NCBI GenBank assembly: GCA_000165425.1
Contig: CT868396.1
Coordinates: 332,826 to 396,825, forward strand
Length of the DNA stretch: 64,000 nucleotides
Direction of reading: 5' to 3'
DNA from: Paramecium tetraurelia
Taxonomy: Eukaryota
Shown: piece by piece, positions 14,313 through 26,700 of the stretch
How positions within the stretch are numbered: the first letter of the stretch is position 1
How the letters are laid out: each line of letters starts with the position of its first letter
The notes under the pieces: model-generated
What the model was told of the DNA's origin: nothing
Database searches by the model: none
What the model saw: the letters and a program-made list of their open reading frames with translations, nothing else
Position numbers and translations under genes: made by a program

Positions 14313-15692
14313 TCATATATATGGGAATCCTCTAAAATTTTCATTTCCCTTATTTTACCCAAAATAATTCTAAAAATTGTTCTAGAACTATTGTCCTTAT
14401 GGCTATTGCTACTGCGATTGCTATTATTAGGACAAGCTCATGAGTTCTACTTTATAGACTGCAACTTACATTAGATCAAGGCCTAACTATTCTGTTAAAC
14501 CATGAAATTTGAATCCATGTGTTGTGGTTGTCTTTAAAATTGGTTTTAGCATTGTTTCTTCATATAACTATTATCATATTAGGAAATGTCTTGTTTGACT
14601 TATTATATAGCGGATAAATAGATACTTGATTGCAATTGTTATTCTTGTTGTTATTAGGTTTTCATAATTTTTTCCAGAAAAGAATTATGTTCTTGGAGCT
14701 GCTTTTAATCCTTTTGCTGTCCAGGTTCTAAAGTGGTTATTCAAATATCATACTGTTTTGATTCAATTGTTGAAGATTCAAGAGATTATTAAACTGCTGA
14801 TCAATATGATTATCTTTTTTAAATATGAAGATTTACTTGGTTCTTGTGGAGGGATCTAAGTCTGTGGTGGCACTTACACACCTACGAGTTGCTGAACTGT
14901 TTATTGGTTTTAGGATTAATTCATATTGGTAATCAAGGTGGCTAATAAGTAAGACAATGTATCAATTTTTCTCTCGTCAGTCTCTCTGATTCGTTTGATT
15001 TCCTTAAGAAATTATTGAGTTTGGATGTCTTACTTGCCATAATAATTTATTTTCATTGATCAGATGGTCGTTTTGGGTCATGATTAAGATCAGGGCCTTC
15101 TATAATTCGTGTTACTTTCCCTTAATGCCGAGCATTTCATTGAGAAAAAATTAATAATCATTTTTTAGTTTGGACATATCTACTTCCATTGAATTATTGG
15201 CTATTATAAATGACATATAAATTTACAATTCTAACTTGAATTTTAATTTCTTTCGTCAAACTACTCGACCTGTTCTCCCTGCTTTCTCTTGATTTCACAC
15301 AGTAAATGCCTTTGTGACATAGGAATTAATGATTACTTATTTCCTCTCTAAAAATATTTATGTCTAAATTCATTATCTCCCCCTTCATTTTTCATTTTAT
15401 GAAAATCATACATATTCAATTATCTTACAAATGATGCATAATTATTATGCTTAAAGTGGTTAGGCAATACCTAGACTATTTTATGCGATAGTACTTTCTC
15501 AGCCAATTCATTAACATTTTTTACAACGAATGCTGTGCCCTCCTCATTCCATGATATAATTTCATTATAATCAGGATTCTAATTAATATGTAGACGTAAT
15601 TTGTTTACTTCCAAAATGTCGTAGGTTTTAATTAAAAAAGAAGGAGTCGATGCCTTTTATTTAATATTATGATCTTCTTTTGCTCTATCCAT
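14313..15692 (-). CDS. heat shock factor (HSF-type DNA-binding domain, coiled coil, Q/N-rich tail); 5 introns
   Basis: PSFLIKTYDILE..ISWNEEGTAFVV..VLPNHFKHNNYASFVRQLNMYDFHK..EFRHKYFQRGNKHLLCEIKRK after splicing. Confidence 0.92.
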
Positions 15693-15916
15693 AAAAAATA
15701 ATTAAATATGATTTTTAGAAATTTCGATAAATCAAGTGATTATTAGAATTTCTAAGAATAATCTTAATCTAAACTATTACTTTATATGCGCAATTTAGAA
15801 TGTGCTGATTTCTGGATTTATTTAGAGCGAGAGAAAAGAAAAAGAATTTAAATATAATACTAATATATTGCGAATTATTCTTTGCACAAAAACATAAATT
15901 TAATATTGTGTTTTTT

Positions 15917-17550
15917 TCACATAAACATTCCATAATTTCTAGCATAAGCCATGGGTGGTAACTTAGGATGTTCCTAATTGATTTATAGACCATAACAAAT
16001 ACCACAGCATCGAATTGAATGAACTTGGGCTTCATTTCCCCTCCCTTAAATATGATAAAAGCCCCCTTATTTTTCATTTGATCACAATAATTAGGAGCAG
16101 AGAAAATGGTGATGACTCTCCCATCAGCCTCTACTTCATACCCTTGATCCTTCATCTCATGCGACCTCACCAAGAGAGCTTTAATATTTTAAATAGAACT
16201 CTCATACATAATCCATTCTCATTCAAGAATTTATGAGCAATGTCAGGTCCAAAGGAGATCGAAATGCCCCTCTTACTTGGATGTCTTCCATTCTACTTGA
16301 TGGGATCACTCCACAACATATCAGCCATGGGACCACCTTCAGGGATTTCTCTGAAACGATTTAATTTCTATAATTCACTGATAGTGACACCATCATTGGA
16401 GAACAATCCCTAGAATAGTAAAGAGATCATCTTACTCCATGAACAACCATCACTTATTTGGATAGAGTGTAAGCCAATGGTAAACAGTTGAAAACAGTTT
16501 AGAACAATTCATAAACCTTGTCATCATACTTGTGTTTGACTTCCCCTTCAAATCCATACAACTTGTTCATGTTCCTGCTTTCATGGTTGCCTCTTGTCAA
16601 ATGCATGATATCTGGATTGCACACCTTCCATGCAAACAGAGTCATCATGACTTCGACACTCCAAGACCCTCTGTCCACAAAGTCTCCGTTGAATAGGTAA
16701 GGTCTTTTCACTGATGGATTTCCATTTATTTTAAATATGTTTATGAGATCGAAGAATTGTCCATGAGTGTCTCCACAAACAGTAAACTCAAGATCTCTAG
16801 AAAAATATATATAAAAATCAATATTTACTTAGGAACATCATACTCCACTACGTTTTGTTGAGATTTCAATATTTCTCCTACCTTTTGTAATAATATGACT
16901 GCATATTTCTTATGCAACTTCTTTTGGTCTTTAAAGTGATTCATCAAATTCTCACACCTTGACATAATGTAATAAGTGATACCATTCTGGTGTAACTTCA
17001 CTGATATCGTTGTCAATTCTTGGTCCATCGTACCCTTGTTCAACATGGATGTCCTGGATATCGATTGGCTCACTAGCTTCATCTGGTCTTTCTATGGATT
17101 TTGCAAATTCTCGTTCATAGATTGCCTATTTGATTTATTTCAATTTAGCCTAAATATCGGCATCCTTTCCTTGGGTGAGAGTGTCAGCCTATGCAAATTA
17201 ATCAATGTATTACTCTTTTGAATTCCTTCCTAGCGTCGTCGAACTTGCCCAATAATAAATAAGCTGAACCCTTTCTGTAATAAGCCTTAATGAATCCAGA
17301 ATCCTCCTTCAAAATCTCGTCTGCATCGATGATAGCCAGCCCATAGTTTTCCATTTTGATGTGTGCAAATGCTCTATTTGATAGACAAACAAGTCTTTGA
17401 TTGCCTAGGAATGTATTAAGAATGATTATTACCAGCTGCCTTTTCAACAGCGGCAGTGTAGAGTTCAATGGCTTTTGGGAAGTTACTCAATTTGAATTGC
17501 TCATTTCCTAATTCCTTGAGTTTTTCAGCTTCTGGTGAATTTGAAATCAT
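15917..17550 (-). CDS. PP5: Ser/Thr protein phosphatase 5 (TPR plus PPP domain)
   Basis: N-terminal TPRs ([35 protein letters not shown]); [28 protein letters not shown] and C-terminal PPMAYA. Confidence 0.95.
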
Positions 17551-17819
17551 TAATTCTAATGTATAATATAAAGAGAAATATTTAATATATTGAAACAATC
17601 TTTTTTATTAAATCCACCACATAAATAAAAAAGGAAATTAAAGGATCTAATTAAAATATTAGATTATAAAGATAATTAAAATATTAATATAAAAAGATGT
17701 TGTTGTTATTTTTGATTAAGTATTATTATGTAAATTTGGTTTAAATCACGAAAAGAATGGCATTTCTTACAAAGTCATCGAAGAGAAAGTAATAAACAAT
17801 TTAAAAATTAAATAATTGT

Positions 17820-18850
17820 ATGAATATTTATTCTTCCAGCCAACAAGATTAAATCGCCTCTCCTGACAATCTCAGTTAAATGAGTTGGAATAAAGTTCAT
17901 TAGAGCAGCGAATAGGTTTTGGAAAAGTAAATCAATTCAGGTTATTAAATACAGGTCTAAGAAAATACACAAAAAGAGACCACCACAGGATGTATAACAG
18001 AAATGGTTCTCGATTTAGAAAATATCAAGTTGCAAATTAGATATTTCTGAATAGAACGATCTGGATTTAAGAGATTAGAATACTTACCAATTTGATTATC
18101 TAAAATTAGATTAGCATCTGCTATCCAAAAATTATCCCATCATTGTAAATATGTCTCCATATGCTTAGATCGAAGATTTAAAGTCAAAAAAAAAATACTA
18201 AATTAAACCAATTTCAATCAAATCTGACATTATAGAAGTATACAATTTGGTGCAAATTATTTAGAAATTATTTTCATTAAATAATAAATTTATACTCACC
18301 CCTGAAAACATTTTCACCTATTCGGCTTAGACTCAAAAAATTGACGATTTGGCTAAAGAAATAAGTATTTCATCTCCCATTCATATTAGAAATCCTCCAC
18401 ATCTCCTTCTAATTGCTAGTCTATTAGTATTGTCGTAAAACAATCTTCCATTTCTTAGATGAATTGACAAACAAGCAAATTAAAACAATATTCTTAGATC
18501 TAATTTAAGGTTTGATCTCTGCCCAAGAAAACTAATTAGTCTTGAAGCAAATCACCTTAGATTCTATTTTATACTACGAAGATACCAAATCTTTCAAATT
18601 GATTGATTACACTGAAGCTACAATCGGAAACAATAGGCTTAATTTTTAAGACTTAGGATTTTGTTTGGCCCAAACCTTACAGATCAAAAATCCTACTTCC
18701 AGCTTAAAGAATACTAATTAACCCATTAATTAAATTGAATGGTTACAAAAAAATAATGAAGATCATCTTTCTTCTGTGGCCTTGTATTTGATTTTGAATG
18801 AAAAACCAATCGAAGAAATCGTGAATTTATTGTAATAGAATGATACCTGA
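17820..18850 (+). CDS. degenerate protein-kinase-like protein (probable pseudokinase)
   Basis: After introns 17927-17954 and 18365-18389: LLVYQYCRKTIFHFL..IFLDLIQGLISAQENQLVLKQITLDSI..FKLIDY, i.e. kinase subdomains V-VII without HRD or DFG. Confidence 0.55.
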
Positions 18851-18899
18851 TCCTCTAACTCAAAATACAGCAAATTCCCCAAAATTATTAATAATTATT

Positions 18900-20524
18900 A
18901 TGTTGATCTTTCTCTAATTTCTGCACGTTTTTTCTCAGGAAATTACCTGGACTAATTACTCCTTTGCTTTCCCGTAATTCATTCCGTTAATCGCTGAAAA
19001 AACCGTGTTTTCAAGAACATTTGAAGAATTTGGATAGATCTTGTATTCAAAATCTTAACACTATGTAGAAACATCTCAATAGAATACAACGGAGAATTTG
19101 ATGAGCCTATTTGCAATTTCGATTATCAATACATGCTTTTTTAAAGATAACCAGACACTTTGATAGCTTTGGTAACAGATCTGCAGTAAATTGATATAGA
19201 TAGTTTGAAAACAGAAGAAATTCAGTAAGGATTTTCAGATGAATTAATTTCATTTGCAACAATAGATAGGAATCTCATTCTTTTGGAAAAAAACGGAACA
19301 ATCCATCACTTATACTATAACGATGGTCCCGCATTGACAAATTACACAGTCTATTAATTATCAATTAATTAAGGAGTGAATGAATATGCATAAATTTTGT
19401 CGGATACCCAATCCTTTTACTATGTTGACAGTGACTAATTTGTGAAGTTCAATATCAATAATGGTAGTTTGGAAGAAATTAAAATTCACAGTTGGAATAA
19501 AGTCAATGATCATTTTAAAATATTTGTGAGACAAGAGTATGTTTACTTGATCAATGGTATTTCTGGAATGAGTATTTATAAAATGCAAAATAACATCCTG
19601 TTGTTAGTCAATAAATTCATGATCCAAGTAATAGATATCTCTAGTTTAGGACATTTACTAAAGCCCTGGCTTTACTAATCTGAATTTGATTGATTACTCT
19701 ATAGACAAGGAATTCTTATATCTATTAGACCATGAAAATGGAGTCAAACGTTTTAACCTTACATCTATGCACATAGATAAGAACTTCTTTATTAGTCAAA
19801 AGGGATGTAAGGTCATATCCGTTTAAAATAATTAAATCATCCTAATATAATAGAATCAATTATTTTCAGAAATTTATGAAGGTAGAATTTTCAATGACAG
19901 TTGGGTTTTGATAAGAAAGAAAACTGCTACTAAGTAAATCTACAGGAATATCAAATAATTTGATAATTATACTTTATTAATTAGCAATCCAACAAACAAT
20001 ATGTATCAGAAGAATCTGATTGAGAATTTCAGTGATCCTTATCTTTATAATGGGTAATTAGTTAATGAAATTATGTAGTGATAACTTTTACTAAATGGAG
20101 TTTTTGGGATTGATTGAAATGGATACAGACTTTGTGGTTGGAATCTACAAATATGGTGTAGCTATATATTACGTATAGGAAAAATCAGCCTAAATTTCTT
20201 GTTAAGCTAGACTGAGTTAATAAAATAGAGTCACTGTAAAATATATATTTTATATGATAGATTCGTCTGAATAGTACTAATTGCCTTAATAAAAATTAGT
20301 CAGACATTTTTAATTATTGTCAATGTAGACTTGACTATGTGTTCGACGTTCATGGAGTTCTGATGTCGCCTTATTAAGAAAATCTCTACATTTATTTTTG
20401 TGTTGTAGCGTTTGCGATAGTGGTGGCGCTCTTTGTGGCTATATTCTTAATTATTAGAAGGTATCAATTGAAGAAAGAGAAGATAGATCATATAAGAAAA
20501 AGTCGTAGGACTTTATCATATTGA
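18900..20524 (+). CDS. type I membrane protein (signal peptide, luminal domain, one C-terminal TM helix)
   Basis: MLIFLQFLHVFSQ signal; C-terminal YIYFCVVAFAIVVALFVAIFLII followed by a basic tail; several tiny introns. Confidence 0.7.
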
Positions 20525-20736
20525 AATTAAACATATAAATATGGATTCTTTAATACATATAATTATAGCTGATAGATCGGATTATTAATATTATGTTTTC
20601 AGTCTTCATAAATTTCTGTTACACTTTTTTGACTTAGTGAAGATTAAGAGGTATTTAATTATGGAACAGGTCTATAATCTTTTATATATATTTTTATATT
20701 AGATTCTCAAATAGTATTTATGATATAAATTTCTTA

Positions 20737-23700
20737 TCAATTTGTGGGCAACCATGACATATCTTTTTCGAGTAACTTTTTTGCGATTTCTCTTTCTACA
20801 TAATTTAATTCCTATTTCTACTACAAACATATAATAAAGAATAAATATGCTGACAACTTGTGAACCTTCTCGATATGTTCTTGCCAACTTATGTTTCTAA
20901 AATATAATGTTTTTTATACTTCTCTCGACATTAGTAATAGGATATGTTACAAATTTTACAAGATTTGTTCTTCTGATTTTTTGACAATAGGTTTTTATGG
21001 GAATATTGTCCTGTTATTATGCTTATGATTAATGCGAAACAAATGATAAATACAACCAAAAAGAAGGATACCAAAAATATATAATTACCCCATTATTGAT
21101 CAGGATAAACATCAACTTAACTAAAAGCATTCTACAATCTAAATCCATTTCCAAAGAATCTCAAGAAAATAGTAATGAATGGAAGTTCCATACTTTAATC
21201 TTCCTGAAACACTGAAATATCCTCTACTAAAAATGCCAAGAAGGCATAACAATGGATTACTACTAATGCTAAATACAAAATGAGTATGATCTTGCCAATA
21301 TTTACAAAAACAGATTCCAATACTTTTTTTAAGCCCTATAATTTATTTAATTATTTACTTTCACTCTTGGAACTACGTCGAAAAGTAATAAGGAAATAAA
21401 TGGTGATGCCAAAAATGATAGTGCTGCCAAAACCAAATAACATAAATGATACAAAAATGTAACATTAGTTATTTAAGCCAAAATTCTATTTTGGGTGAAG
21501 TACTAATGCATTTTTATCTTCTTTTTTTGATTGGTCTTCTTAAGTCTTTATAAATTCTGGTAAATGTAATTTAAATTATCGCTGCCTTTGAATCCAAGAG
21601 AATCGTCTTCATAGTTCTGTTCTCTATAAAAGTTAACTCTAAATGCTATGTATGGCTATTAATTAATGATCTCTATTATCAATACAAATAATGATAAGAG
21701 TACTAAAATAATAGTTAAAATTATCACAATGATTTGAACTATTTGATTTTTAAATGAATATGATTCAGATTGTCTTTCTAAATCAGCTAAATAACATATA
21801 TTTAAAGTTAAAACAAGTAAATAATTAAATGACTTAATGAGATGAATATTAATTGAAAACCAATTTAATTTTGGATACATCGATATATGTTGTCTAAAAA
21901 TGACTTCCTTTTAAAAATAGTCTGACATTGTTTTTAATTACTCATATCTACCTCTTCTCATTCTGAGCATTTTAGCCTTTTTTGTAGTTTATTTTAATAG
22001 AAATGATGATTAAAATGGTAAAACAAAGTACTGTAACTTTGTTTCATCATTTCTTTTAATTTATATTTATCCAACATACTTACTAAAAAAATTAATAGCC
22101 TCTGCCATTTTCATACACATGTTTTACTTAATAATATCCCTCTAATTGTTTTGTTAAGCTCCTTCCAACCAATTAATTGCTATTTCTTCTAATTTTTATT
22201 CCATCTTACTTCCTCTTTTTCCATGGGTTTCAATTACCATATCCTGTTCTTCGAATTTCTTAAACGGAATAGCCTCTTCTAAGGTTTGTTTCACCTATAA
22301 TTTTTTATTTGTAATCTTGTAAATGCTTTCTTTCAACTTACTTTTTGGACTAGCCATATCACCTAACAGAGATTATTATTTGTTGAGGATGATAGGGGAT
22401 TTAACACTTGTAGATTTCTTTTTTACATTTATTTTTTGTTTTTGCTTGTGCTCCTTGATTTCTAATGAAGTTATAACAGAATCATTTGATTATAAGTACT
22501 CTCTCAACAGTTCTCTCCTTTTGTCATCAAATGGTTGTTACTTGACAAATTATTTCATGCTCAAATAGATTCTTAAGAAATTGATATTTTATTTCTAATT
22601 CAATGTTAAATCATGTATCTGATCTTAAATCACTCTATCTTTGAGTGCTTGCCAATAATCCCTTTTTATTTCACCCTTCCCCACCTTGTCAATCTTCTCA
22701 CACAGGATGTTAAACAGTATAATCAAATCAAAGCAGATGGTAAATACTTCAAATTCTCCTGGGGCAATTAAATCATATTGGCATTTTAGATAAGTGCAAT
22801 TAATGTTATCTACATGAGTACATTTCTACCCTTGAATTATAATCTAAAGCCTAGGAGCAAAGGTGTCATAAATGGTCAATAGCTTTTCAAAAAGAATCTA
22901 AAAATTCAATTCAGTGTAACTTTGGTGTAAATCCAATTAAACTAATAAAAGTAGTTTTATAGTTGCTTTAAATAAGGTTCGATAATTATTGTCTTATAAA
23001 TTATCAGCCAAAATATCATACTTTGGAGTGGTGATAACGAATTATATTATTTAGATTAAGGGTTTGTGATTAAATATTAAATTTTAGTTTTGAGGATTTC
23101 CTTCACAAAAATTATTTAAGCATCTGAATGATTCCGTATATAGTGTTAATATATCAGTTTCTGTGCATATATGAGTTAATTATGACCTATTGATATAATT
23201 AAAGTAATTGGTAGTAAAATATAATACTTCCTCAGTTAGAGAGGACTGATTTGCAGAATCTCCGAATTGAGAAGTGACATCTGTGCATTGGATGAGTTTA
23301 CCTATGAGTCTCAAAATAGAAGCAATAATTTTAAAGAACTGTCCAAGTAATTAATTCTTCTCATTGCTTAGATCAGTCTTGCTTATGAATAGACGATTGT
23401 CATTGCTTGATGCACTCTATTTGATATGCTACTCCAAACTAAATAATCTATCAACTTAATTGAATGTGCGAGATATAAATTTATTAAACTACAACCAGCA
23501 GTCATTCTAGATGACAGTGGCTAATTGTTGTTTGTTCATCCTTTAGATTTGTTCAAAAATAAACAGAGTTTTTTTAACTTTCTTAATGCTCTTAATCGTG
23601 TATTCATTATCGCTCTCCTCTAAGTACATCATCAGAAAAGGTATTTGTTTGATACAAAAATGCAAGAGTCGATCTTTTTCAATAATACTCTACTCTCTTT

Positions 23701-26700
23701 GTAAGCATTCATAAATAATGTTCAAAGCTAATTATTTTTATTAGATAGCCTCTTCCTTTAGTAATCTAGAAAATATGTAAATAACTTCATCATCATTAGA
23801 CAACTTCAAAAGGAATTGCTCCTAAATATCATTAAATAAGGCTTTATCGAGTCTATAAAAATTGTATGGATTGTCTGGATTTATCAGCAACTCATACTGA
23901 TAAATGAACTAGCCATAGGTTTGTTGTATGAACAGCGACTAAATTAATCATAATTAATACTTCTTGTTGATAATTCTTCTATTATATCTTCTTTTTTTAC
24001 AATTCCTTAAGTTCAACTTTATTGTATTTGATTTTTTGACTATCGAAATAGTTCATAAGTTTCTAGAAGAACTTATCTATGAAACGAATAGTTATGAAAT
24101 ATACTTATATCTAGCAGGTTTTTGGTGGAATCTCTTAATTACATATAGGATTCATAATATTTTGAAGCGTCCTCATAGGTTAGATACTGACTAATGTCTG
24201 GTAATGTTTTCGATAATTTAATTTAGATCAATTGCTAGAAGTGTTCTTCCAAGATCTGATTGAACAAGTTGCAAAATTTATCCTTACCTATTAATTTATC
24301 TGGAGTGTTGACACTATATTGACCCTCAGAGATTAGTAATTCTGTGTGAAATTGAAATTCCCCTCTGATTTTATCCATCATTTCATTTATTGTGAGATGC
24401 TTTTCCATCATATAACATCTTAGCTTTTCGTAAAATTAGTTTAAGTTTTACTTTAACTCTTCCTGAGATGGTTTAGGCAATGCCTTCTATTTGTATTCTT
24501 TGATTTAGGTCTTGATAGCCCTCTGAGTCTTATATTCTTAGGCATACTTGATGGTTTTGAAATTCTTTAAATTGGATTCTAAGGGACATTGCATAAGACA
24601 TTTGGATATATAATGTTATAGTTATGCCAAGTACACTCTATATTTTGGATATTGCAAAGTATTTTCAATTAGATTCAAGGTTTGTCTAATATTTTCTAGT
24701 ATCAATTTGATTAAAGCCAATGGTTCATAGAGGGAATCTTCAGTAATTTGATTCATTTGTTCAATTTAGAGTATCTATTAATTCGATTAGGTTTCTGATA
24801 TATTCCATTTGCGATATTATACCTCTAAAAATAGTTATTGCAACAACATGAGAACTCCAAATTGAATATTCTACCAATTAGAAATCTTGAGGAAGTATTT
24901 CCAATATTCAGTATTATCAAAAACAATCCTCTTTTATTCATTCATTTATTGGACTTGTTATTGAGCCGCATTTGTTTGATTGGGCATACCTGGAGTTGTG
25001 GCTAATAAATTCTTTTTCTTTTCTTCAGTATCCTAAAACATCTTCTGTTTGATCATGTCTACTTACAACTTATCCTTTGTTATTTTCTCCTTGTCTTCTT
25101 CAGTGTTGGTCTCACACTATTTTAATAATCCATCTAGATATTTTGGGTATGCCAAGAGATCATTCAATAGCATAATTAACAGTTCTCTCATATCTGACAT
25201 GGTAAATGTTGGTATCTATTGAATCTGAGTTATGTAAACCAATTTGATTAACTCAGATTTAATTAAATAAGATATGGCTGGATTGTGAATCATCTAATTA
25301 ATTTGTTCAGTAAATAAAATGCCTTGGATCTATTGAATTCCCAAAGTATAATCCTTAATGACTTGAGCTGTCAACGCATTTGAAGCTGAGAAAATCTGAA
25401 ATTCCATCCCATAAAACAGTTACTCTTCCTTCTTGTTCTTTACATCATTTAATTGCTTATAATATTATAGGTCATTGATATAACTAGGGATTTTGAATAG
25501 GTTGCTCAGAATTTCTCTTTTTAAAGCATTCATACGATCAAAAGAGAGTTATCTATTCTGTAGAATGGATAACAAAGCCTTATAGAATTGTTAACAAGTT
25601 CCTTTGTGTTCATGCATAGTGGCAAAAATGGATTTGATTAATTACTGAAGAACACTCCACTAATCATTGAGACTTTAACAGAAGACTCCAATCAATTTGG
25701 ATACCTTTAGATTGCTAGATGCTAATTAAATGATTGTAAATAGGTCCTCCTGGATTTCTGAACAATTGAGTTTATTATTCAATAGAAATAAACATAAGAA
25801 TTTAATTGAGATTTGTTGAGTATCACTCTATTCACGTTATGCCTTAATCAATCTCAAAATTTATTTATGAACTCCTAGATTTCTTAGAATATTCTATGTT
25901 TTTGTTAATTTAAATGAATCCATTTTTATTTCCTTAATTCGATTGATCAATTTGTTTAATTGATTGTCAATTTCCCAATTCTTTTCATCTTTTTGTTTCC
26001 CTCCTCCTTCTGAATTCTTCTTCTGAGAATCCTCTAATTGTTATATCTGAACTTCCAATCGAATAGGAGAGAAGATTTATCCAACCAAAGAATTACCAGT
26101 CAATTACTAATACAACTCTAATTCATCTCCATCTAAAATGATCTCAGCTTGTCTCAATTATGAGATCCACTGTTAATTGACTCCCTAATTCAAGGCTTCC
26201 TGACACAACCTAAAACCCTTACTCTAGAATAAATAATTGGAACAATAGAATCCCAACAAATACCCTAACACCAAGTTCTTATTCTATCCTAATTGCATTC
26301 GCATAATGATCTCTCTAACTTCAGCTATCAACTTCTCCAGCGATTATAAACAATAGGTTTGATAGGACCTCTAGAAATGTCTTAAGAATTCTTGAATTTG
26401 CACATTCAACTGGATTGTGAAATACTACTTCATCAGCAAACCAGCATTTGAAAATAGTTCATCTATCAAATCAACCAAACTCTATTGTTATAATGACTTC
26501 GCAGAAGCTATCAATTCATTCAACCAATTCTCCTTCACTTCCAAGGCTTGTTTCTCTCTTTGTGATAAAAATGGCACAAAGATTTACAACATTGGCTTTA
26601 CAATCGAACAAATCTACTCCTCCGTAAGGTATCCCAATTATATTATCTTGTAAACCAGATGATAAAGAGTAGTCAAAAACTTAATCTTTTACGAAATCTT

